64,000 nt of DNA, from NCBI RefSeq assembly GCF_006345805.1, contig NC_043012.1, positions 16,678,001 through 16,742,000 of the forward strand. The letters run 5' to 3'. Below, one piece after another: positions 40,578-54,355 of this stretch; within the stretch, counting starts at the first letter, position 1, and every line of letters begins with the position of its first letter. The DNA is from Octopus sinensis (lineage: Eukaryota). A program made the translations under genes and the position numbers. Under the pieces are notes generated by a model. It saw nothing but the letters and a program-made list of their open reading frames with translations. It searched no databases and had not been told where the DNA came from.

Positions 40578-41586
40578 ATTACCAGAAATTCCAGAAATGC
40601 TTCAAATCAAACAAGAACAATGTCCAAGAGAAAATAAGGCACTGCTACACAACTTCAGAACTGAATCACAGAAATTTCTTTGAACATGAGTATGAATATA
40701 TCAATCGTGACTTCTTTCATAACTATCCAAACTCTTACAATTGGCAGGGATATTTTGAGGATGACCCTAACAAGCAAGGTGATGGTCAAGTTCATGACCA
40801 AGGTCAAGGCTATCGGTCTGACCAAGCATTGCAACCTGATGCGCCTTTCTCTGAGACTGGCACAGCTGGAATCCAAGCTGATGCAACTGCTCCGGCTAAA
40901 ACAGAAACTGTCACTTCTGCAGCCAAAAAGGATGGTGTTAAAAATGAAAGCGATGATGATGATGATGATGTCAACATGCACGAGTGGCTACGTAACTTTG
41001 GAAATGGCTTTGATCATAATCGTGACTATAATTCCGGCCACAACCGTGACTACTGGGCGAACAAATATAATTGGCATAACAAGAACAACTATTACGATAA
41101 CAATCGCCGCAACAACTACGATGGCAACGACTACGATGGCAACAGAAGACATTGGTATGACAACAGTTACTATGACAATGATGATAACTATTACAACAAG
41201 AAATACAACCATGATGGATGGCAGAAAAGTCACTCCCAAAGATCAGACCTTTTCAGCAACGACTACTATAATCAAAACTTCGAGCGACTGAACCGTGAAA
41301 CTCGAGAAGAACCTGACAAGGAACAGCCCCAGCCTGAAGCGGAGAAACTAAAACCTGACATCCATGGTACCTATGAACAAGACAAGGACTGGGAGAATAA
41401 CAGGAATACACCATTCTATAATAACCACTATCGGAACAACTATTATGATCGTAACAGGTTCTATGACCAAGACTATGATTATGATGGTCGTAACTATGGT
41501 TACAATTACTATAATTCCAATGAACGTAGACCAGATTACTGGGCGTTTTATAACTATGATGTAAGATATCGCACAGACATTTGCAG
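40578..41586 (+). CDS. Exon 4 (module 1, Cys7-9) with a 312-aa Asn/Tyr/Asp-rich insertion
   Basis: Long polypyrimidine tract, acceptor cttgtAG, donor AG|GTAAGT; 1009 nt open, phase 1 to 2; lies within ORF 40427-41590. Confidence 0.92.
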
Positions 41587-42320
41587 GTAAGTGTTTCTTA
41601 TTCATACGCTCTGTTCTTTAGTTATTATTATCATTAGATGCAGACATGGCTGTGTGCTTAAGAAGCTCTCTTTGCAACCAAGTTGGCCCAGGTTCAGTTC
41701 TACTGCATGGTACATTGTGAAAGTGTCTTCTGCTGTAGCCATAGGCTCACCAATCCCTTGTGGGTGAATTTGGTAGACAGAAACTGTATGGAAGCTTGTC
41801 ATGTATATATATATATATCAAATAAAGGTGCTGTAAAATACAACACACAATCATTGCATTTGTTGCTAAACACTGATGAGGTGAAATGCAGCATTATATA
41901 ATGATTCAAAAACTGTTGTGTAATTATGACAGTAATTGGTTGAAATGTGTGTATGGTATATAAAACATTAAATAGTACCTATGTTCGATATGTTATTGTG
42001 TGTGTGTGTGTGTGTTTGTGTGTTTGTGTGTTTGTGTTTGTATATACTCCCTTCACCTCGCGATACCCAATGTTGGTTTGTTTACATCAACATAACTTAG
42101 CAGTTTGACAAAAGGGACTCATAAAATAAGTACTAGATTTTGAAAAATAAATACTGGGGGTGGGGGAAGAGTTTGTTTGACTTAACCCTTCAAGGTCATG
42201 CTCCAGCAATGGCTGCAGTCCAGTGACTGAAACAAGTAAAGAACAAAAGCAAAAATTTATTCATTTAACAATTTGTAATTCCAAACTTTCATTTTTGTTT
42301 TCTTTTACCTTTATTTACAG

Positions 42321-42466
42321 AGGAATGTCAAAGATGAGAGACTGCTCTCATGAAATGAAGAAAGTCTGCAACCAGGAATCTGATAATTTTATGTATAATC
42401 TTAACAACATGATCTATCAATTTGGACGTCTTTTTATGAACTGTGATATGTCAGCTGAATCTGCAG
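42321..42466 (+). CDS. Exon 5 (module 1, Cys10-12): GMSKMRDCSHEMKKVCNQESDNFMYNLNNMIYQFGRLFMNCDMSAESA
   Basis: Acceptor ttatttacAG, donor G|GTACAT; 146 nt, phase 2 to 1; homologous to exon 9 (C..NFM.N..C). Confidence 0.88.
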
Positions 42467-42847
42467 GTACATAAGTGTGTAATTCAAATCATACAAACTT
42501 TAATTTTAGACACAAACCTACATCTCCTGGAGACACATTCTCTCAAAATTTATAAATTCTTATGATGTCAACAACATACAGTGCTCGCTGGTAAGAATAA
42601 AGTTTCTAAAATGGATAGAGAAATTCAAAGGATTGCTTTGGTACAATGAGAGTATGCTTGTTATGTTTACAAGAGATGTAAGTTTGAGTTCCATGAGCAG
42701 CAGCCTTCGAATTTTTTCTTATCAAAAATGGGTTTTTAACCCAATATTTACGCACTATTATTTATAGTGTTACTGCTTCAAGATCCACCATTTCAAAAAA
42801 AAAGAAGAATTTCATATTCTTGTGAAGCATATATATGTATATTATGC

Positions 42848-42936
<89 letters not shown>

Positions 42937-43086
42937 AAACTCTCAGACCCTGAGTCACTCTGTTGCTTCTGCTAAATATTAATAAAAATATACATATACT
43001 CATATTTTGAGTTCTATTTTTCCTCTTTGCAATCACCATACTGGTACATGCATACATACATACATACATACATACATATACATACA

Positions 43087-44725
43087 TATATACATACATA
43101 TATATATAAAATCAAAATAAGCAACAGGATATCGTGTAGTGATGCAGTACAGCCATTTCAAGCGGTTGCATTTAATTGAACAATGCAATCATTACATCAA
43201 TTTAAATGCAGTGCCATCTTCAGCTGCACAAATAAATAAATAGAATTTTAACCAGTTGGACACATAAATAGAATTTTCCTCAAATATTTTAACAGCACAA
43301 GAAGATGGAAGAGAATATTATGTATATTTGTAGTGACTTTATGAAAGTAAGTCTCCTTTTGACTAAATTATATACCCGCTAGAAACTATAAAATTATACA
43401 TACAAAGTAACTGTAACATTACGACTTATAAAATTTCTTCAGTCTGAATACCTTTAACTACCCTCACTACATTCATACCTATTACCCCTCTTTTTTAGTT
43501 ACCTTTATCTCTTACCTCAAATTTTAATCCCCTGTTTCTTTAAATGTAAGTTATATGTATTTCTTATTATTTTCTATAAATTATTATTTTGTTTTCTTAT
43601 TTTGATATCTTTACCTATTAACCTCTTATGCATATAAGCACATAACTTATTAACTTCTTATCCCTTATAAATTGTTATTTTTCTTGTTCTTAAATAGATA
43701 TTTTCCAGTTACTTAAGTCTATGCGAGATGGTTATATTGTATCTTTATAAATGTATAAATATTTGTGTATGTGTATGTGTGCTCATATATAAATGTGTGT
43801 GTATCTGTACACATCTTTATTTTTTTTTCTGATTCATGGCTTAAATATTTATATATAGATAGCATGTTTATTATCTTTCCAGTTATTCCATAAGTAAATG
43901 CCTTGAGCAATCTTTATAGAACCCACCTAAGTAAATAATTAAGTACACAAATGAATATTAAACTGATTCTAAGTAATTTTTCCTTTTTTATGTTGAAAAT
44001 TGATATATATGCACATTTTACCTTTTTTGGTTATGATATTATTTTTGAAAATCCTAACTTTATTTTTTCTACAACATAACAATATTGTTTATAAACAATC
44101 ACCCATGGTGCTCCAAAATAAAAAATTTTCTGTATTAACATCCTAGGTTTCTCAGCGTTTTGCCCCTTTAACTGGTAATTAACATTATGATTTAAAGTCT
44201 TCCCTTACCCAGCCTCTTTTTATAGACAGTTACTTTATATCCAATTGCCTACTCCTAATGTCTTCTTTCCTCTCTGAGGAAAAGGGATACATATGACAAT
44301 ATTTATGACCATACCTAGCCATGAGCTGTCAAGTGACTCTTGTCCTTTATTCATAATAGACACAGTCTTTCTTCTAGTCTTAGATTTAGTAGTTTATAAA
44401 GCGATAAATGAATTAGAAATGAATTACAATCCTTTACAACATTATGACTCCAATAGGCTTCATGTAATCCTTGGAAGTGTTGTCTGTTCTTAACTACAAC
44501 AGTGACTACATGAATTTCTTCCATCTTCTTGCTCTGTTAAAATATTTGAGGAAAATTATATTAATGTGTCCAACTAGTTAAAATTCTATTTATTTATTTG
44601 AGCAGTTGAAGATGGCACTGCATTTAAATTGATGTAATGATTGCATTGATCAATTAAGTGGATCCACTTGAAATGGTTGTATAGCATCACTACTTGATAT
44701 CCTGTTGCTTATTTTGATTTTATTC
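43087..44725. mobile_element. Penelope-like element remnant bounded by ~230-bp inverted repeats carrying a hammerhead-like motif
   Basis: 43087-43320 is the reverse complement of ~44510-44723; the CTGAAGA...GAAA...GTA motif lies inside the repeat; AT-rich decayed interior. Confidence 0.55.
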
Positions 44726-45341
44726 ATCTTACTCTTTGGGCTGTGCAGATAATACCGCACTGACTTGGTGCTTCAACTTAAGTACCTAATTCAACTGAAT
44801 CTCAATTAACTTTATATATATATATATATAATATATATATATATACATATCCAAATTGAGGGAATGGAGCAGGTAAAGTCCAGAACCTGAGAAGTAGAAA
44901 TTACTTAACGAGGGGGTACTCCACTAGCTACTTATCAAACAGGAGAAACTTTCAGTGAGTTAACTTGGGATCCCTTGACGACAATATAACCTCTATTAAA
45001 CTAAGGTGTCTTCAGCTTGATGTGCAGCTAGTAGTGTACTCTTTGTCGAGTAATTACTACTTCCAAGGTTCTACTAGCTATGAGACATATGTAATCTAGA
45101 TTTTACCTGCTCCATTTCCTAAATTTGAGATTTTTATTTGCATACATAGCAACCCCAGTTGCTAACCATGAACTATAAAATAACTTATTTCAGCTTATCA
45201 AACTTCAATAAGGGAAAAATTTACACCCCTCTCTGCCAATAAACAACTATTGTTCCTGGAAGTTGGTTTTTCATACCTTCTACGGACTGCTTGAAGCTTA
45301 CTAACTTTCTACATCAGGATCCTTGGATTTTACATCATTAC

Positions 45342-45377
<36 letters not shown>

Positions 45378-45894
45378 TTAAAGTCCATTGACCATGCTGG
45401 TATGGATTGGACGGTTTGACCAGGGCTAGTAAGCTGAGGGACTATACCAGACTCTAGTCTAATTTGGTATGGTTTCTATGGCTGGATGTCCTTCCTAGTG
45501 CCAACCACTGTGAGGGCACAAGTGCCATTTGCATGATACCAATATCTACCATGACTATGATTTCACTTACCTTGATGGGTTTTCTCATATAATTATATAT
45601 ATATATATATATATACATTCATACATTCATTCATGCATATATATACGTACATATAACAGATATAACATGTATATGTATGTATGTTTATGTATATGTATAT
45701 CTGTATGTATGTGTGTATGTATGTACGTATGTATGTATGTATGTATGTATGTATGTATGTATGTATGTATGTATGTATGTATGTATGTATGTATGTACAT
45801 ATGTATGTATGCCTGTGTGCAGATTTCTGTGTTTTATGTATGCCTTCTCATGCATATAGTTACATATCTAGATATGCTCATATATATTTAAATG

Positions 45895-46570
45895 ATAAAC
45901 CTCTGGAAAGTTTTACAGATTTTTACAGTTCCAGTGATGATTTGGATCTGTAGTCTTTGAATCAGCTTTCTCCTTTCTGGTTTTGAGAAGCCTAATTTGT
46001 CAAGATTGGTATTTAGGCAGTGAGTTATAAAATCCCATGGCCCCAATAATTACAGGTATATACCTGAACTTATAATCTGGATAGAGTAACCGTAAATTTC
46101 TCAATAATTCAGCGTAGATATTCTCTTTTTTACTGATCTTCAGCTTTATATTAACATCCACTGGGCAGTTAATTTCCACAACTGTGCACAGTTTCTCCTC
46201 TCTTTTCCAAATCACTATATCAGGCCTGTTGTGCTTCTATCTTATTGAGATCTTCACCGGGACATTCCACCAGTATTCCTGTTTATTGAGTGGCTATGGC
46301 TTCTACCATATTGTAGGTTCATATTTCTTTGTCCTCAGGATTATCCTTCTGACAGATTTCATTATAGAGTATCTTAGCTACATCATGTCTCATCAGTAGA
46401 TAATACTATAATGATATTTTCGGATACCTGCTTATGATGTGAGTGAACTCCAGTGTGAACTCCACAAAGTCTGCATTGGTTGTCTCATTTTACGACTTTT
46501 TTCCCACATCTGTATCACTTTTGTGTATCAGATACTTGGTTGATATTTCCTGTTCCTGGATTGCAAACAC
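45895..46570 (-). mobile_element. 3' part of an RLE-type non-LTR retrotransposon (NeSL/R4-like), decayed
   Basis: The reverse strand reads RPDIVIW..CTVVEINCP..K..KE..Y..L..IPVIIGAMG, a PD-(D/E)xK restriction-like endonuclease motif. Confidence 0.8.
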
Positions 46571-47533
46571 ATACCCTTCCAAGTCGGAGGTAGTAATCCA
46601 ACTGTTGGTGACAGGAAGGGCATCCAGTTGTAGAAAAATCAGCCTCAATAAGCTCTGTCTGACTCATGCAAGCATGGATAAGTGGACATTAAAACAACGA
46701 TGAAGATTGTGTGTGTGTGTGTGTGTGTGTTGGTACCATGTTAAAAACACCCAGTACACTCTATAAAGTGGTTGACATTAGGAAGGGGCATCTAGGTGTA
46801 TAAACAGACTATAAAACCTAGTGCTGCTCCTGGCCTTGACAGCTCCTGGCCTTGCCAGCTCCTGGTCTTGCCAGCTCCTGGTCTAACCAGCTCCTGTCAA
46901 ACTGTCCAACCCATGCCAGCATGGAAAATGGATGTTAAACGATGATGGTGAGGAGGAGGATGATATAGACATGGCTGTGTGGTAAGAAGCTTGTTTCCCA
47001 ATCACATGGTTCCCGGTTCAGTCCCACTGCATGGCACCTTAGGCAAGTGCCTTCAACTATATCCACAGGCCAACCAAAACCTTGTGAGTGGAAACGGAAA
47101 CTGAATGAAGCTCGTTGCCTTTATAAATATGTATATATTTATGTGCATGTACCTTTGTGTCTGTGTTTCTCCCCCTATCATTGCTTGACAACCAGTGTTG
47201 GTGTGTTTACAGCCTTGCAATGTAACAGTTTGGCAAGAGACTGATAAAGTAAGTTTATAAAGAATAAGTTCTAGGGTTGATTTCTTGACTAAAAAACCCT
47301 TTAAGGCAGTGCTCCAGCATGGCCACAGTCAAATGACTGAAACAAGTAAAAGAATAAAAGAATATATATGCTGGAATACAGCCTTTAGTCGAACAAATCA
47401 ACCTCAGGACTTATTCTTTGTAAGCCTAATATATATTCTATCGGTCTCTTTTGCCGAACCTCTAAATTACGGGGACATAAACACACCACCATTGGTTGTC
47501 AAGCGATGGTGGGGGGGACAAACACACACACAA

Positions 47534-47577
<44 letters not shown>

Positions 47578-47740
47578 GACAAGCTTCTTTCAGTTTCTGC
47601 CAACCAGATCCACTCAGAAGACTTTGGTTGGCTCAAGGCTATAGTAGAAGACACTTGCCCAAGGTGCCACAAAGTGGGACTGAACCCGGAACCATGTGGT
47701 AGGTCAGCAAGCCACTTACCACACAGCCACTCCTGCACCC

Positions 47741-47817
<77 letters not shown>

Positions 47818-47827
47818 CATGTATGTG

Positions 47828-47900
<73 letters not shown>

Positions 47901-48281
47901 CATCATCATCATCATCGTTTAATGTCCGTTTTCCAGGCTGGTATGGACTGGACGATTTGACTAAGGCTCCAATATGTGTGTGTGTGTGTGTGTATGTGTA
48001 CTACATTTTGCTTTTTACTGATAATCTATTATTTATGTTATCTGTGTGTTATGACTTTTCAACCTTATCATGACACATGTCAATGAATGAGCAATGCTTC
48101 CGCATGTGACAACAACAAAAAAAACAAACTCTGTGGTCTTGGTTTATCAGAAATTTGACTCATTCTCTACAGCATCTGGCTCTCATAGCCTGGTGGGACT
48201 CCACAAATTTGAATCCCCCCCATTCTATGCAAATATAATTATTTTCCTATGTTTATTTTCATTTTTGTACTTTTCTCAAAT

Positions 48282-48996
48282 TACAAAGTGGCATTAAAAG
48301 GTTCCTGGACTAGTTGGGTTTTATAAAAAAACAACTTATTTACCTGAGTTTTAACATTATCTTCTTCGAAATAATCACCTTGCACAGCAATACACCTGTC
48401 TCGGCCTTCCTGTCACTTTTGGAATCTGGCCTGTAAGTTGTTTGGTATAAGCAAGTAGAGGATCTTCTGCAATTTGTTCTGGATTGATTGTTCTGGATTG
48501 ATAATAGTATTAAAACAGCGACCTTTGAGCTGTGTTTTCCTCTGGGGGAAGAGATGGAATAGGGTGGGTGCAGAAGCAATATCATGTTGTTTTTGGTGAG
48601 AACCACATACATGGTGACAGAGCTTGGTGACAGGGTGGATTGTCATCATGAAAAATCCAGTTCTTTGTGCCACTCAAAACATTGCATACAACTCATAGCC
48701 TCATTGCCATACGCTTACCAAATCATGCACAATGTCTCTAGCAGACTTCCCAAATTTAATGCAAACTTTCACGATGGCTTTTTGTTCTAACTTCCAAATT
48801 ATGACAAAAAGCTCAGACTTTAGTATACACGCGATCACAAAAATACAAATTTTACAACTTGCCAAGTAAACAGTGATATCACTCGGCACACTGGCTCATG
48901 ACAGTCACTGTTAGCTTTCATTATGCATGCAACTGTGTGCTGCCATCTATTGGCATGCTACAGGACTAGTCCAGAAACTTTTTGATACCACTTCAT
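48282..48996 (-). mobile_element. Internally deleted mariner element
   Basis: EQKAIVKVCIKFGKSARDIVHDL (mariner HTH start); TIR-like ends tacaaagtggcattaaaaggttcctggactagt / actagtccagaaactttttgataccacttcata. Confidence 0.7.
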
Positions 48997-51142
48997 AGAT
49001 GGTTAATAGTGCATCGGTTTTAATTTATGAGAACACGATCTTTTACAGAAATTTTGATTACGCCCAGGAGTGCTTGACATCAAATGCATTAAAAGAATGA
49101 AACATTTTGGCACAGGCGTTCTGGTGCTGCTAATTTGGCATCCCTGTTTCGGCACTGAATTATCTGACATTAGACATGTTAATGTTTCATCATCATCATC
49201 ATCATCATCAACAACATCATCCTCATTTAACATCCGTTGTCCATGCTGGCTTTGGGTTGGACAGTTTGACCAGAGATGGCAAGCTGGGGAGCTGCACCAG
49301 ACTCCAGTCTGATATTTGGCATGGTTTCTATGGCTGGATGCCCTTCCTAATGCCGACCACTTTACGAGTTTGCTGAGTGCTTTTATGTGGCCCCACACTG
49401 GTGCTTTTTCATGGTGCTACGTGGGCACTTTTGCATGGTGCTCATTTTAATGTCGTTCTCCTTCTCCCCTTCTCCCTCTCTCCGTTCATGTGTGTAACCA
49501 TTCTCCCCTTATGTGTGTAAGGAGAGGAAAATGCTCAATTCATAAATTGGGATATCCTTCTCTCTCACTCTTTCTGTGTATGTGTTTGAATATATTTTGC
49601 TTTATGTATGTGAGAAAAGACACAGTGTTTATGTTGTTATGTCCCTTTCTCTTACTCTGTTTTATGTTTGTCGGCATATTTCATTTTATGTGTCTGAGGA
49701 GATGGAAAAGTATTTATATGTCACTTATGTTCAGATAATAAATTGCAATATCTCTCTCTCTCTTTCTATCTCTCTCTCTCTCTCTCTCTCTCTCACTCAG
49801 ACACACACATGCACATTCTATCTTACTTTTTCTATTTGTAAGTGTATATTTCTGCACATAAATGTGTGTATGTATTTATCCCCAGCACTAAAAGGTATTT
49901 TCAGCAGAATACGCTCAATGTCCAGTCATCAGCACAAAAATCACCAGCGTCCAAACAACCACATCCTCCCTGTAGTCTCATTCAGATCCACTAAAGAATT
50001 GCATTTCCTGTTTACTTTGATACAAGCAAAGTTGTTAATGATGATGATGATGATCATCATCATCATCATCAGCATCATCAGCATCATCACAGGATTCATT
50101 GAGGTAGATTTGTTTATTCGCCAGGTGCACTTCCTGTTTCAGTTCAAGGTAATATTTTATCATGGTCGGACATGCTTTCACAGAAAACAGATCACAAGTA
50201 ACACCACATGTATGACAATGACACTGATTCTATATCCGTTACAAGATAAGGAGATACAAATACGCATACACATACATGCACACAGCCACACAGACACACA
50301 AACATATGCACCACACACCATACACATACACGCGTGTGCACAGACACAAACACAGACACACACATGCAGAGACACACACACACAGACACCCTTCACACAC
50401 ACACACACACACATACAAACCATAAAAAAATCAGCAGATATGAGAGGTGAACTATATTTATTTAACCATATTTAACTATATTTATTTAAGGCGGCAAGCT
50501 GGCAGAATCGTTAGCACGCCGGGCGAAATGCTTTGCGGTATTTCGTCCGCCGCTGCGTTCTGAGTTCAAATTCTGTCGAGGTCGTCTTTGCCTTTCATCC
50601 TTTCGGGTTCGATAAATTAAGTACCAGTTACACACTTGGGTTGTTGTAATTGACTTAATTCGTTTGTCTGTCTTTGTTTGTCCCCTCTATGTTTAGCCCC
50701 TTGTGGGTAATAAGAAAACATATATTTATTTAACCACTTGTCACCCTTAGGATTACAGCTGTCTACAGCTTTCATTGTGTAACAATAATTTCAGTGTATA
50801 ATAAATTACTTCATGTGTCTGCACTAATATGGTTGCTACACATTATTCAATACAACTAAAAATTCAAAAATCAGAGCAGATGAAGGAAGCTAGCTCAACG
50901 GATCACTAGAATATCATAGTTACATGACAAGTGGTTATATTTTCTTCATGAAATGATTCCATCGATTGGATCTCCTGGATTTCAGCAGCATAGAATGCTA
51001 CATTATGCTCCTCTGTACTGGATTACTCTGTGATCTGCTAACCAGGTCTGTCAGAGGAGCTTTCTGTGACAGCCACATGATTCTATAAATTCATATATTA
51101 CTCAGAAAATTTATACATACATTATATATATATATACACACC

Positions 51143-51176
<34 letters not shown>

Positions 51177-51231
51177 CACACACTCACATATATATATACA
51201 TATATATATATATACATACATATATATATAC

Positions 51232-51268
<37 letters not shown>

Positions 51269-52802
51269 CACAAAAAATTAACAAAAAATTACAAAAAATT
51301 GTATGTACACATGCAGATATATGACCTACGTTGGGTTCCTCATTCACATAATTACCGAACCTGGAGCTTAACTATAGTCTATCCATAGCACTTACTCAGC
51401 ATTACTCCTGACACCTTTGTGTCTTCTTGACACCATTACCTCTCATAACCTATAATATATATATACATATATATATATAGTGTACTGTTCCGTGAAGGTA
51501 AGATCAGCAAAAGTACACTTTCTGGTGAGAGAAAAATATCATTTAATAAACACAGTATATATTTTTATAAGCTACTAATAGTTTCAGGAGATGAAAACAG
51601 CTCAGACGGCATTTTATAACACATCTGGTGCCTTCATGCAATCCTCAGACAGTGCCCACAAGGCATAACAAGCTAAAACAGGATGAAAAGGACAAGCGAA
51701 AATACAAGAAAAGGTGAGAAGAAAGTAGATGTAAAAGTGGAAGGATGAAAACACGAATGTTTTCAACCTTCCACTATTTCACTCTGACACCCCATCACCT
51801 CCATCATTTTTCCCTTTCCTTCTGGGGTAGCCATGTACCTCTTCTACAGCAAGATATTTCTTCTACAGCAAGACACCTCTTCTACAGCAAGATATTTCTT
51901 CTACAGAAAGACACCTCTCCGTATCCCTCAATCACATTTTGCTTTCTTAATGTCCAGCACAAGGACATTTCTCTCAATATTACCCCTCCCTCCACCACCA
52001 CCACCACCACACTCAGTCAAGGGGTCTTGTCTTGTGAGTTACTCGGTGACGTCATTAGTGCCAGTGCCATATGAAAAGCACCTGATATATGCTGAAAAGC
52101 GGTTGGCATTAGGATGGGCATTTAGCCATGGGAACCATGCCAAAGTAGAGACATAGGAATTCAATGCAATCCACTGGATCATCAAATCCCATCAAAACAA
52201 TCCAACTTATGTCAGCATGGAAGATGGGCATCAAATGGTGATGATGGTGATGGTGAAAATGATGACGACAAAGACGACAGTCAAGACAGAAATACAATTG
52301 TTTATAAAAGTAACAAACAAATAATGTCCCAGAATATGCCAGAGGACCCTGGACCTGACCACTCAGAAAGGATTGGAATATCTTCCACAAATTGTGACCA
52401 TCCACTGCTCTGCACGTATGCCTTCTCAGCAACAACTCCAATAAGCAGTAATGAAGCATCTGTATGTCAGCTAAACTATAATGCTCATCTTATCATATTT
52501 AATGTATATACACTGTTAATAGGCAAGTTACTGCACTATTTATCCTGAAATAACATCCCCAGTAGATGTGCTAAACACAGCACATCCATATGAGATGTTA
52601 TTTCAGGACAAATATTGCAGTATCCAGCATACCAACAATATGTATACATTAGATATGATACATAGATGTTTATTTTGATTTAATGATGCCTCATTTGCAT
52701 GTATTGGATCCAAATTATATTTGTTGATTTCACCCTTTTTTCATAAACTTTAAAAATACTTTCATCTGAAAACAAGATAACTTTGTGTTTTGTGTTTCTC
52801 AG

Positions 52803-52965
52803 AGCCTTCACCAGAAGCTGAGGCAGTTGCTAAAAGCGAAACATCCTATTGTGACCACCGCAAGGCAATTTCTTGTACCCAACCGTTCCAGAGCTGGTTT
52901 AGCTCTTTCAAAGACAATGAATTCAAGCTATTCTCTGACTATGACACATTGAGGAATATGTGTGG
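52803..52965 (+). CDS. Exon 6 (linker plus module 2, Cys1-3): EPSPEAEAVAKSETSYCDHRKAISCTQPFQSWFSSFKDNEFKLFSDYDTLRNMC
   Basis: Acceptor tgtttctcAG, donor GG|GTAAGT; 163 nt, phase 1 to 2; absent from the ORF track and translated by hand. Confidence 0.88.
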
Positions 52966-53269
52966 GTAAGTTGTCTCTGATTGTGAAGAACAAAAATAAT
53001 AACAAAAAAATATTTACTATTAGGTGCAGGAGTGGCTGTGAGGTGAGTACCAACACATGGTTCCAGGCTCATGACACCTTGGGCAAGTGTCTTCTACTGT
53101 AGCTTCAGGCCGACCACAGCCTTGTGAGTGGATTTGGTAGATGGAAACTGAAAGAACCCCATCATATGTGTGTGTGTGTGTGTGTGCGTGCGTGTGTGTG
53201 TGTGTTTGTGTGTGTATTTGTGTGTGTGTGTGTGTGTTTGTGTGTGTGTGTATGTGTGTGTGTGTGTGT

Positions 53270-53302
<33 letters not shown>

Positions 53303-54227
53303 TTGTCCCTCCACCATCGGTTGACAACCAATACTGCTGTGTTTACATCCCCGTAACTTAGCAGTTTGGCAAAAGAGACCAATAGACCAATAGTCTGACT
53401 AAGAATGAGTCGATTTGTTCGATTAAAGGCGGTGCTCCAGCATGGCCGCAGTCAAATGACTGAAACAAACAAAAGAATAAAAGAAGATTGTCTCTCTTTA
53501 GTTAAGCAGTTTTAAAGCTTTTGTTACCATGTTTCTGATGAAATACTCTGCCTTAGGTGCAATCAATTCTGAAAATAATAAAGAATTTGACCAAATAACT
53601 TTGTCATTCTTCAGCTACTCTTTGGAAGATTTTTTAAAATCTGAATCACTTTAAAACAGCAAGTACGTATGACAGAATAGAACCAGGGACAGTTCTATTT
53701 ATTTGTTTATATAATGTGTGTGTGTGTGTGTGTGTGTAAGGGAATAAGAAGTTATGTCAGGAACTTCATTAGCTTACAACTGTTTCTGCTGTCAGATTCA
53801 ATGTTTTTGGGGTTACACCCTGTATGTAAATGCTTTCGCCAAATAAAATCGAAGTTATAGGGTGATTCACAAGCACTCAACTATAAGTGCACTGCAGCTT
53901 GTAGCAGAAACAACTGTGAGCCATTGAAGTTCATAACATAATTTCTTATTCTCTTGTCATTTGAATTCCTTATTATTGATTTGTACTCAACTGATGCTTT
54001 GTTCTGAAGCAGATATATTTTGAGTTCTAACACCAGGTTATCAGTATTGCTTACGGCAATAAAGCGGCAGTAGCAGTAATGGTAATGATGATGGGGTGGC
54101 GATGGGTGGTGACAGTGATGATAATGATGAGGACGATTTTGGTGGTGGTGGTGGTGGTGATGATGTCACAACACAGCTTAATGCAGAATTTCATTTTTTT
54201 TTTCTGTTTTTGTTTTTGAATTTGCAG

Positions 54228-54355
54228 AACAATGCAGCAAAAGATGTTTCCTTGTATAAACAGAGAGATTGCCTCGTGCAAAGATAATTTCCAATATCCA
54301 TTCGAGACTCTCATACAGTCATTCACTCACCTTTGCAAACCAGAAATCATGGAAG
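54228..54355 (+). CDS. Exon 7 (module 2, Cys4-6): TMQQKMFPCINREIASCKDNFQYPFETLIQSFTHLCKPEIME
   Basis: Acceptor tttgcAG, donor G|GTAAAC; 128 nt, phase 2 to 1. Confidence 0.88.

Noticed and set aside
40578-41586. Reflectin or suckerin identity
   Set aside because: It lacks the Met-rich MDx5MD reflectin repeats and the GGY/Ala-His suckerin modules, and it is embedded in a Cys-rich secreted domain.
49576-50475. 299-aa ORF
   Set aside because: A chance read-through of microsatellites and repeat fragments with no domain-like content.
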